Source of the DNA: Chrysemys picta bellii
Taxonomy: Eukaryota
Length of the DNA stretch: 64,000 bases
Assembly (NCBI RefSeq): GCF_011386835.1
Contig: NC_088802.1
Span: 54,126,001 to 54,190,000, forward strand
Reading direction: 5' to 3'
Below are positions 21,588-32,565 of the stretch, in pieces. The stretch's first letter is position 1, and every line of letters starts with the position of its first letter. The notes under the pieces are model-generated. The model worked only from the letters and a program-made list of their open reading frames with translations. It had not been told where the DNA came from and did not search any database. A program made the position numbers and the translations under genes.

Positions 21588-22527
21588 CTGGACGCAGAGC
21601 AGAGCAGACGCCTTGGTCCCTGCCTTGCCCAGAAGAACCCACTCCCCACTCCTCCCGCAGAGTCACCCTATCCTGCTCCCAGGACAGCCAGGGCAGGGGC
21701 GTGGCAACCAGACTCTAGTCCCCTCCGAAGCCTGGTGCTACAAGCCTCCTTGGGAGAGGATCCCCCAGCCCGCTCCAGCATCCCAGCAGCCGGGGTGTCA
21801 CTGGCACAGCGGACAGCATGAGAATCCTGTTCTTACCAGGGTTTCGCCAACTTCGCTGGCGTCGCCAGACAGAGAGACGCTCCCAGGGGTGGGGCCCGAG
21901 GCTCTGGTGGGAGCCCAGGAATCACTCCGCTGAGCTCAGTTCTCTGATGCTTAGAACTCCCTGCCTATGGGCTTCTGTACCACCCCCATCCGTGGTACCT
22001 GGGCATCCTCCCAGCGTCCTCAGGAGCCAGGGAAGGGCACTAGCCCCACGGCACAGATATTGGGGGCGGGAGGAGGACAGGCACAGAGAACAGGAGTGAC
22101 AGAAACAGAACCCAGGCCTCCAGAGCAGCAGCCGGTGCCATGGTCACAAGGCGAACCTCCCCAGCACCCGTGTCCTGCCTGTGCGCTCGGTCAGCGCCAA
22201 CCCCAGTCTGGAGGGGCCCCTCTAAGTCAGGGAGAGGCGGTGTGCGGCTCCAAGCAGCCCATTAACTCTGGGCCATCGCTGCCCAGATGCCTGGCAAGGG
22301 GCCAGCTTATTCCAGATGTGATGGCTGTTTCCATGGTGATGGCACTTGACCACTGGCGGTCGGGCTGAGATCCACCAACCCCTAGGACGCTGGCCTTTGA
22401 GCAGGGGGCAAGCCCCAGGGGCTGGTACTGGAATCTGTGTAAGGAGCTGGAGAGGAAAGGCTCCCTGTCAGGCTACCAATCTCCGAAATAACAGCATCCC
22501 TGCTCCCCCCGGGCTCCCATTACTTAC

Positions 22528-22578
22528 CCTTTGCACACAGTCCTCGGAGGAAGAACTCACACACGGACGCCCCCGACT
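22528..22578 (-). CDS. CPSF4L: CPSF4L exon 2: (K)SGASVCEFFLRGLCAK
   Basis: 51 nt, CCTTCCAG acceptor, AGG|GTAAGT donor; ZF1 start. Confidence 0.92.
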
Positions 22579-23120
22579 CTGGAAGGGGAGATGCAGTTAT
22601 TGGGGGGGGGGGGGAGTGTTTTCACCCACTCGTAACCACCCACAGGACACCACGATCCCAGGCATCGCCTGCAGCTCTGCAGAGATGGGACCCCCTGGGC
22701 TGGGCCAAACACACTAACTAGGATGGGGAACTCTTCCCCTTCCATCTGTCCCCATTTGAGTCTTTCTGGGATCTTGGGGTGGGCCCATCACCATGGTACC
22801 TGGGTGCCAGTCACTGCTAGAGTCACCACCTACAGAGAGGCTGGATGTCAGGGGGCGCCTCGCTCTGCTCACCACACCCCATGCAGCCCTCGTCCCCCCC
22901 ATACCCCTGCCGACGCCAGCACTCCACCCTGAGCCCCTCACCAGCCCCAGGGCAAATCCTACCAAGCCGCTGTGCATCGCAAGCCAGAGCCCTCTCTGGG
23001 CCTAGCAAAGGGGGCTGGCTGTAGGTGCGAGAGATGCTCCAGGAAGCTGGGAGCATGAACACAGAGCTGGGGCAGGACCTGGGGGGTGGGGTAGGGCTAT
23101 CAGGTCCCACCCCAACTTAC

Positions 23121-23223
23121 TGTCCATGCCTGGGAAGGGCAGGAGCAGGGCCCCTCGCTGGTGCTCCACATCCCGCTCTAAATCAAACATGAGCTTCTCC
23201 ACCCCAGCAATGAGCTCCTGCAT
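23121..23223 (-). CDS. CPSF4L: CPSF4L exon 1: MQELIAGVEKLMFDLERDVEHQRGALLLPFPGMD
   Basis: 103 nt, ACA|GTAAGT donor; matches the CPSF30 N-terminus; paralogue called CPSF4L from synteny between C17orf80 and CDC42EP4. Confidence 0.92.
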
Positions 23224-25775
23224 CTCCTCCCAGCCAGCGGGACGCGGGAGATACCCCCAGCCAGGCCCCAGGCCCAGAGTGGAGCCAGGCCAGCCTTCCC
23301 CCTCTGCCTCAGGCAGGCTGAAGAGCCCCAGCTGAGGAATGGGATTGAAGAAGGGGCCAGCTACAAATTCCCTCCCTCCCATATCCGCCCTTCCCCTCCT
23401 TCCTGCAGCTTGCTCCGAGTTAACAGCCTGGGTGCTACAACCCCTCTGCAGCCTTCCTCCCCAGCACCTCCCAGCACTCCTCTTCTCCGAGCCGGCTAGG
23501 AAACCGGGCTGAGCCCCCAGCTCCCTCCCCTGCTGAGCCCCCAGGAATCTGCAGCCCCTTCTCCGGCAGCAAGCAGAGGGGACTGGTGAAGGAGGCCGCG
23601 GTTTGGAGGGCAACTCCCAGCATCTGGTCTCAATTTGCAGCTGTGATTGAATGGGGCTGTGCCCCAGCGGTAGGGAAATCATCCCCGGGCCCCAAGCAGC
23701 CCTGCCGTATTAACCCCCCCTCCCCATGGCTCTCTGCACAGCCATCTGCTTTTACTGCGTTAGCCTCCAGCCCTGGCTATGCCTGGAGACCAGCTGGCCA
23801 GCATCTCCCACAAGAAACCGCAGGGTCCCCCTGAGCGCTTTGCATTAACTCTTTCACTGCCAAGGCTCCGAGCTGCACAGAGCTGAGCTGTGGGGCATTA
23901 AGAGATTCCCAAGCTCGGTCATTGGCTGCTGGATCCTCTCAGAGGGCAGTTCCTGCAGAGCCCGTCTGGGGAGTCGCCTGGGTCCAGGTCCAGTCCTACC
24001 TTGTTTCTATCGCATCACCTGAGAGCAGCTTTTGTGGTGAGCTGGTGACTTGGTACGGAACCCCCCTGAATCTGGATCTGGCACCGAACTGTGTAGGTCA
24101 GAGCCACCTCTGCTTCTGAAAGCCGACAGCCAAACACTCTCATCTCGCCAGAACTTGTATTATTTATTATTTGGATCAGCGGCGAGCCCAGGAACTGCAG
24201 TCGTGGCCCGCGCCGTGCTGCGCACGGTGCTGTACAAACACCCCACTAAAAGATGGACCCGACCTGCCAGCACTTATCAATGTGCCATGAACCTGTGTCA
24301 CTCCTGTGCCCCCGAGCGCCCAAGCTGCAAGGTGGCACGGCTGCCTCCCCTGCCCCAAAACTCAGGAGGGCAGAGACATGCCACCCAGCACTGTGTGTAT
24401 TGAGGGCTTCACAGTGCAGCCGGGCTAGACCCAGCTCGAGTGCTGCTGAGCTCTGGGAGGCTTCTGAGCAGGCCTGGGCACAACCTCGCTCATAGGGGCA
24501 TCCTCCAAGCGATACCAAGGCCAGAGGCAGAATCCAGGGATGGAGGCACCGGAGTCTCCTCAGCCCAATGCCAGCCTTGCCCATGTCTCCTCTTCTGTAC
24601 AGAGCCTGAGGGCCATGGCCTATGCCATGTGGCACCTGCTCCCACTTTGTCCTGTGCCAAACGAGCGGCTGAATGACCAACGAGGTGCTGGCGTGGGTAT
24701 TAACCCTCCCACAATGCCCCTGACAGAGGCTTTCAGTGATGTGGGCCTCTCAGCCTCCACCGCCATATTCCCTGCACTCCTGCTGACACCGGGCACGGCC
24801 GCCTCGTGCGCTCATGCCAGTGCCTCCCTCTCCCCCTCCGGAGTTGAGCACAGGGCCCTCGCCGCTGCCTGCTCAGCCAGCCGTGGTGTGCGTTCTGCCC
24901 TGTCAGCATGAGGCAGGCGGGTGCTCTCGAACGGGCCGCTGAAGGTGACAGGCGTCGGAACGATAGCGGGCGGCTGCTTGATGTTTGAAGGGGGTCGCGT
25001 GGCGGGCGCCTTCCCCAGCGGCTCGGTGCTGCTCCCACTCCACCACCCCCCAAAGCGAGGGGCATCCGGCTTCCCGTGCGCGGGCTCAAGACAATGCAGC
25101 AGCTCTGGGGCGGTCTAGCCACAAGAATGGAGGGCAGAGCGGCTGGGTTCCCCTGTCCTGCTCCCGCCTGCGGTGAGAGCCTCATTAAGCTACAGGAGGA
25201 GACAGAGCGAGCCGGTTGGCCTTGCGGCAGGAGAACAAAAGGGGACAGTCACTTCAGAACCGCACAGCACGCTTTGCCTGGGGTACCTGGGCCCTGACAT
25301 TGCAAGTGGCGCCTGTCCATGAGGTGGATTGGGGGGAGCAGACCCTGCTTCCTGGAGCACTCAAAGCCAGACAGCATGGTCCCTGGGGAACAGATCCCCC
25401 GTTCCGTCCCAGTGGGAGCCCTACATAAAAACACTGGGAGCCTGTTTTCCAGAGGCACTGCCCCCACACCACAGCTCCCTCTGACTTGGCCAGAATTGTG
25501 GCCTCCCCGCGCCTGTGGAAAGCCCGTTTTAGATAGCTGACCAGGCCCAGCGGCTACAGCCCAGGGGCAGAAGGGCTGAGATCTTGCTTTGCTCCGAAGA
25601 GGAACTGTTACCAATGTAGGTATGAACCGGGCACACATGGTGACCTTCGGGGAGTGGGCAGAGCACAGGAGACAGGGTCAAAGGAATCTATTCTGTAGTT
25701 ACTGGGATGGCCACGTCGCCAGTATGCAGCGGTGGTAGGGCTTACAGCCATCGTAGGCTGCAGCCCCTAGAGGGC

Positions 25776-26452
25776 TGCGATGAAGTGGGAATTTCTTATA
25801 AGAGTTTTATGATGCCTATGCGTGCCTCAGTTTCCCCTATATTTCAGCTGGCTACTCAGTGTTTGGTCTCTGGGCAGGCCTAGCTGTCTGAGGCAGGATG
25901 GGTCATTCGAGGCCAAGGCCAGCCCCACATCAGTGGAGTGTCTGAAAATGGCAACGCCCACCACTGGGACATTAACACCAAAATCTCCCAGCTAAGGAGG
26001 GAGAGGTGTGAGGGTAAGAGTTGGCACCTGGAAGCAGTCCGGGCTCTCATCTGGGATCTGAGCAAGGAGGTCAGACTGAGCCCAAAAGAGCCTGACCAAT
26101 GGGGGTCAGAGCTTGGCGGGGCTCTAGGCTGACCACAATGACCCAGAGCTGGGCTTTAACCTTCAGTTCTCTGGGCTGACTTAAGGACCAGCTAATAAAC
26201 CCCATTCTGTGAGTGTCACGGCAAACCCTTGGTGCGGTGCCTTGATCCCTGCAACACGGCCACATCTCTGCGGAACAGAGCTCCCACGGTGTGAACCAGG
26301 AGAGCTGGAGACCCCTGGGAGGCAGTGAGGCCGGGTGGCCTGACCTGAAGGCGTGAGACCTCTTGGGGAGGTCCGGCACACTGAGGGGTCCTCCAAGAGA
26401 CTGGTCCAAAGCCGGGGGGGGGGGGTAGCCCCGCTCCTGTAGATCTGTGACA
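25776..26452 (+). mobile_element. Solo LTR (Gypsy/ERV-like), 677 bp
   Basis: TG...CA ends (TGCGATGAAGTGGG ... GATCTGTGACA), internal AATAAA 26194-26199, 5-bp TSD AGGGC / AGAGC. Confidence 0.7.
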
Positions 26453-29347
26453 AGAGCGATGTGATCCCCTAGGCACCCCCCTACGCCGTGTGGGGGCCTC
26501 TAGCTCCTAGAAAGTGAAACGCAGCCTTGAGGAAGGGCTGAGGGAGACACTGCGCCCACAAACTCACGAGCCTGCCCCTGCGCTGAGGTTTTAGACGCCG
26601 TTGTTGTCCAGCTCTGGCAGGGAACTGAGCCCCCACGCTGCCGGGGAACGTCAGGCTGGGCGGAGGCGCTGGGCCGCTGGCAAAGGGGTCAGGACCGGAG
26701 GTCATAGGCGGAAGCTATGGGTGAGGAGGGGAAAGCGAGTGCAGCATCGCCTGGGGGTTTAAGGGAGGCTGGGATGGGAGTGTGGAGCAGGGAGGCAGTT
26801 TCGTTGGGGTAGGACAGCCTCTTTCAGTCCCTACTATCCCCTTGGTGCTAAGCAGGGAGAGACTCGACGCAACCCCCTGGATCCAGATCCACCTGGCTGA
26901 CGGCTGCTCCGGGTTCTGAAACTTTGCCCCGGCTCCATTCGCTCCTGCTGGGGCAGCAAGGCAGGGTCCCATTTTCATACAAACTATTAATACATACATT
27001 CCTGGCTCCCCTGCCCCTGGGAGATGTGTAACACAAGGCAACATGAAACCTCCCCAGTGAGGTACAATGAGACGCTGGCCCTTTAAGAAACAACAGAGGG
27101 CTAACCTGTCCTGGAGCCCGGGCCAGCTGCTGTGGTGCTTCGTTCCCCAGAACAATAGGCCAATGTCCCAGCCCAGTGCTCCATTGTATGGGCTGCTGCC
27201 TTTTGCATAGATCCTGCATTGTGCGCGAGTGCATTTCCCTCACCCTAGGCACTTACCCGCCCTGGCTCCTTGGAGGGTTGAGTCCAGGCCTCTGACCCTG
27301 CCCCCCCTTTTCACACTCACCTCTTGCACACCAGGGCTTTTTCACATTCACCCCTTCACACCGCCCCATGGGGTTTGGTCTTTCTCTGGCCTCCCTCCTG
27401 CTTTATAACGCGACGCTCGTACAGAACGGGCTGCGTTTCTACACCGGGACAGACTGATGGCCCCGGAGCAGCCATGCCCCATCTCAGGCCTGGTCTCTCC
27501 CCCCACCAATCAGCCTTGCTAATGCCCCTCAGTCCCGACCCACAGTCCCCTGCTACTCCAGCCCCAGGCTTCCCACACGCACAGCTCTGCCAATGCCCCT
27601 CACCCCCAGCTCTGGTAGGGCACCTGCCGCAGCCCTTGCTCCTCCCCCCAGTTCAGCGCCTGCTCCTCTCTGCCCTTCCCTAACACGCCAGCCCCAGCTC
27701 CCCCCACAGCGAAGGCCACCAGCTCATCCATCTCCCTGACCCACTCTGCTGAGGCCGGACTGATTTTCCCCACACGTGGACCTCAACCTATGAGCCTCTC
27801 CAGCGTCAAAGGGCCCATTCTCCCCACTAGGCCATTGGGGAGCGAGCCCGGCCAGCCGCCCTGGTGGGGGCCAGCTCTGGGGCTCTGCTCCGTGGCTGGG
27901 GCCAGGGCCCGAACTCCATGCTGGGAGAGGCGCGGGAATCAGATAAACAGCCTTGCGGGGTTGAAGGTTATGAAATCAGCAGCTGCCATCCAAACACTGG
28001 CTGTGTTGTGCCCGGGCCCAGCTTCCCTGAAAGAGTTTCTTTATGCGCCGAGGCCAAGCGCGCCTCGGGGAGGGACAAGGAGGCCAGAGCCTGCGAAGCA
28101 GCGGCTGCAGCTAAAGCCACCCTGGGCCAGTTTCCCCCTTGGCTCGTATCTGGGGCTCTGCGGCAGCGCGAGGGCCAGACATGCCAGGCACTGGTCTGGA
28201 ACGGGGGGTAGGTGGAAGAGCAGCAAAGGCCGAGAGATACATGCTGTAGGGGCAGGAGTGCCACTGGCAGGGAGAGCCACCACGCAGCACTTACATCTGC
28301 ATCGCAGCAAGCTGCTGTTTCTTTCCTGGAGCCTCGCAGCCCTTGCCCCTGCCAGCTCCAGGCTCCTGGTTCTGCTTGGCAGCCTCATGCCTTAGATTGG
28401 CAGGGAGGGGGGGAAGGAACATGCCCAACCCCCAGCAGCCAGCACCTCATGCCCTCCCCCCAATCTGCCCAGTGCAGGCCCCTTTGCTGCACCCAGACTT
28501 GGCACTGCCCCTCCAACTCCATTGCAGAGAGCACAGCAGGGGACTACCCCCATGGGCCCAGGAGAGCCGTCAGCGGCAGCGTTCCCAGGCACAGCCGGAG
28601 GGAGCCATGCCCCGGCAGGGGACAGTGGCAACATAAGAGTTTCCCGGGGGGATCAGAAGAGCCCCGCAGAGGCGCAGGGACCCTTACCTGGCTGCAGGCG
28701 GTGCCAAGACCTGCTTGAGTCCCACGTAAAAAAAGGCAACCTGGACCCATCACTGGGCACAGGGCAGTGCTCGAAGCTCCTATAGGCCACGTGGCGCTGC
28801 CAGGGGCCCCCTCCCTGGGAGACCATGGTTCAGAGGCTGGCACCTGGCAGAAGGGTGGTTAAGAGCAAGGCGAGGCTCCCTGTGTGACGCCCGAGGGACG
28901 TGCCATGGAGCGTTGGCTGCTGGCTAGTCGCCAACTGGTGAGTTCGACGGCTGCAAGCTCAGGTCTTTGCTTCCCCCTGGTCCATTCGTCTGTTAGCCAG
29001 CTGATTTCTCCCCCCGCCTCCCCGTACCTGCCCCACTCCAGCAGCACTGCCTCGCCCGTCTCCCCTTCAAACCCACGCAAAGGGAAAGGGAGTCTGAACC
29101 GGAGGCAGGGCTGATCTCCCGCCAGGAGGAGAAATCCCCAGGAGGAGCGATTAGCCTGGTGGATTTCTCCCTCCGCAGCGCAAGAGGCCTCTGCACTCCA
29201 GCCGAGGGAGGTGCAATGCGTCGAGCAGGGCGGGTGGAGTTGCTGGGCAGCCCTGGGGACACTAGACATGAGAGCAGCTCCTGGTTACTCACCATTGGTC
29301 TCGGCCCACCCTCCAGACGGAGGTTACGGTGGCACCAGAGGTCTCCG

Positions 29348-29466
29348 TAGGGTGACCAGACAGCAAGTTTGAAAAATCAGGGGGGGGGGGGTAATAGGCG
29401 CGTATATAAGACAAAACCCTAAATATCGGGACTGTCCCTATAAAATCGGGACATCTGGTCACCCTA
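29348..29466. mobile_element. hAT (Blackjack-like) MITE
   Basis: TIR TAGGGTGACCAGA / TCTGGTCACCCTA; TSD GGTCTCCG / GGTCTCTG; related copy at 54869-54979. Confidence 0.88.
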
Positions 29467-29861
29467 GGTCTCTGCAGCTAAGCCACGCGGGGCAGGGGCC
29501 AGGCGAGGAGAAGACATTTTCACCAGCGTAGCAGAAGTGACCTCAGAAATCAGAACAGGGAAGAGTCTCTTGACACAACACCCCCCCCCCCCCCAGCCAG
29601 CATCAAAGACCCCCAAGGAGCCAGGCACTGCTTTCACTACCGTTTAATTCTGTTCTGCATTTTACATACATCATAACCCCCCCACTTCCTCCATTCATCT
29701 GTACCGTACAGCTCCCAGCACGTGGGACAGAGCCCCAGTCACAAGGCAAGGCTAGGCCACGCCCTGGGGCACCCAGCCGCTGCTTTCAACCCGGGGGGAG
29801 GGGATCTAGCGCAAAACCACATTTAAAAAGAAAATAAGTTAGAAAAGGTCCAAGTTAGTGT

Positions 29862-29867
29862 TTTATT
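29862..29867 (-). terminator. Candidate CDC42EP4 poly(A) signal AATAAA
   Basis: TTTATT on + strand ~1.7 kb past the stop, in an AT-rich context. Confidence 0.5.
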
Positions 29868-31578
29868 GCTACTCACGACGTGCGGAAGGCAGGGCAGGGC
29901 CCAGGGGGCGAGGACACATCTCTCCAGCGTGGTGCTGACAGCTGTGAGTCCTAGGTAGGATGGTTCCTCACCCCTAGTCAGGCCGCCCCTGGCCGCTCTT
30001 GGGCTCAGGAGCGTCTGCCCGGGGGGCATCTCCCTTGGGAGGAGACCAGGCAGAGGAGAGCGAGTCTGCATCTCCTGCACACGCTGCCCATTCCCAGACC
30101 ACTGGGCTTCAGGACGCTGTGCCAGTGCTCTGAACCCATCGTGCCCATGTGTGCAGACTGGCTCCCATGGCTCAGCCGGGCGAGGAGCCAGACATTATCC
30201 CCCTAAGCTTTAAGTCCAGGAATGTGGGCTCACCTCCTTCCCCCTGCCCCTCTGTTCCATTCCTGCCAGAGGGCAGCTGGGTCTCACCCCACCAACAGCT
30301 GCCTCCCAGGGCATCCCATCTGCTCATGCAGCAGAGGAAGGGCACAGAGGGGTTGGAGCGGAGGGCAGGCCAGGGGCCAGCAATAGAATAGCTGGGGGGG
30401 GGCAGCCAACATCTCTGCCCCAGCCCTGTTAAGGGGATTCCCCAGAAGGCACCTCCAGCTCCTTCTGCCGTAACCTTCCACACACCTCGTAATGGCACCA
30501 TAGTGCTTTTCTAGAGCGCCAGACCTGCAGGCAGCTCCAATGCCCGCGGCATCCGTTACAGCTCTGCGTCGGGGTGTGTGTCCGGGCATCGCAGTGCCAG
30601 AGATGTGATGCTGCTGCAGGGACAGGAGAGGGTTTCTCAAGGGGGGGGGGGGGGGGGGGGCTGGATGAGGTCTGGGTCCAATATGTAGGAGCACCTGTGG
30701 CAGGCTGCAGAGAGCCCGTGGGCCCAGAGGTGCTGCAACAGAGGTCACTTTAAAAAAAGAAAAAAGAAAAAAAAAAAAAGATACAAGAGTAAAAAAATCC
30801 CTCCCCCCGCCTCTGGAGCTGCCGGCCCTCCCAGCGCTCTGCCCAAAGAGAAGTACCATCAATTGCAGGCTTAGAAACCGCTGGCTTTCCAATGCCATTT
30901 CACTCTACAATATGCAGAAGTCTAAACTCTTGAACCAAGTTCTTTCAGACTGGAATTTCCCCTCATCGGCTGTTAAAAAGTTACCAGTACAAATCCGAGA
31001 CCAATAAAAACACAAGGGGGAAAATATATATTACTAAGGGCACTGGGGCTCTAAGCCTTGTCCTGGTCACTTGACTCTGTATTACTTGATGTGGGCAGTA
31101 GATCAAGTGAATATCCCAAGTCCAATGGAAACGACAGTACGTTTCCCCCTTGCAGTACAGACGGGAGTTTTCTTCTGGGAAAGGAATCGTCTCCAGACAG
31201 GCTAGCGGGCTCTTCCCTCTCCCGCCTGCTGTTCTTCCCCGGCTCGCAGAGATCAGCAGCCTTACAGGAAGAGGTTGTTCGACGTAATACTATGACTTTA
31301 AACCCAAGTTTCTCCCTCTCCCACAGCGACCTCAAAATAGCAAAAACTAACCCCACGACATCTATCTTCCCGTTCCACAGGTTCGCCCGGTCCCTGGAGG
31401 GACGTCAGAGAGGAGCGGAGGGGAATCTGGCCACAGCCCGTGGGGAAAGGGAAAGGGAAAGGAGTTGAGTTAAGTGTCTCCCGGTGCCATTTCTTCTGAC
31501 CTGGTCAGTTTCAGGTTATCCCTTCTTGTGCCCAAGCTACCGCAAATTTACACCAGACCCGTCGGATCAGCCGCCTTC

Positions 31579-32565
31579 CTACACTCTGATCTCGTCGTCC
31601 TCCTCATCCGCGAAGGAGAACTCTCTGTCGTGCCGCTTGGGGGGGCCGGGCCGGGCGCCATCTGGGATCCCGTAGCTCTGTCTTTCGGGTGATAGGCGGC
31701 GCTCCTCCAGCCCCTGTGCCGTGCAGCTAGAAACCGAACTGCTGTCCCTGCTGACCTGGTTCCTGCTCTGGTCCTGGCAGGCTGGCGCCGTCACCAGGGC
31801 ATCAGGCAGGGGCTTCCCTTCCTGGCTGAGCCGGTGGGCTGCAGGTACCCAGGTAGGGCCTCCATCCCTTCGGAGCTCCTCAGGTACCACGGAGCCGAAG
31901 TCTTCATCCTGCTCCCACTGGTCTTTGTCCATGATGCTCAGGACGTCCCCCAGCATGGAGGGCCCCAGGTCGATGTGGAAGGACATGATGGACTCGGCGT
32001 GTTTCATGCCATAGCTGCTCTTCGGCACCACGACGGGCAGATCCGTCAGGTCCCCAAAGTCACGCTCGTCCAGGCCGGGACTCTGGGGGCGGGCAGCTGC
32101 GCCGTTGGGATGCGGCTTTTCCTCCGGGGTGGCAGCCGCCTCCTCCGGTACCTTCTTGACAGGGCTCGAGGAAAGGCTCTTGGGCAGCTTCCCAGCGCTT
32201 TTGTCTGCCTCCTTCTCGGTGAGCTGAGGCAGGGAGACGGCGTTCTTCACGAAGATGGCAGAGTCCCTCAGGGAGCCCAGCATGTCCCGCCGGTCGCCGC
32301 GCGTCACCGACTGCGACCTCTTGCTGCTGCGGAACTTGCGGGACAGCAGGCCGGGCTTGGAGGAGCCCAGCTCCTCAGGGGACTCCGGCTCGCCGGCCTT
32401 GCTGTTGAGGAAGGAGGTGTCCCCGAAGGCGTCCCCCGCTCTGCCCACGTGCATGGTGTGGCGGAAGTCGCCCAGCGGGGCGCTGATCATCTCAGCCGTC
32501 AGATCCGCCCGCGAGCGCCGCTTGGAGTGGGCCGAGTTGGAGACGAGCTGCTTCAGGATCGGCAT
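31579..32565 (-). CDS. CDC42EP4: CDC42 effector protein 4 (BORG4), 328 aa, single coding exon
   Basis: Starts MPILKQLV (ACAATGC Kozak); CRIB ISAPLGDFRHTMHVG; BD3-like SIMSFHIDLGPSMLGDVLSIMD; exon acceptor at 32643. Confidence 0.96.
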   Translation of the reverse strand: MPILKQLVSNSAHSKRRSRADLTAEMISAPLGDFRHTMHVGRAGDAFGDTSFLNSKAGEPESPEELGSSKPGLLSRKFRSSKRSQSVTRGDRRDMLGSLRDSAIFVKNAVSLPQLTEKEADKSAGKLPKSLSSSPVKKVPEEAAATPEEKPHPNGAAARPQSPGLDERDFGDLTDLPVVVPKSSYGMKHAESIMSFHIDLGPSMLGDVLSIMDKDQWEQDEDFGSVVPEELRRDGGPTWVPAAHRLSQEGKPLPDALVTAPACQDQSRNQVSRDSSSVSSCTAQGLEERRLSPERQSYGIPDGARPGPPKRHDREFSFADEEDDEIRV

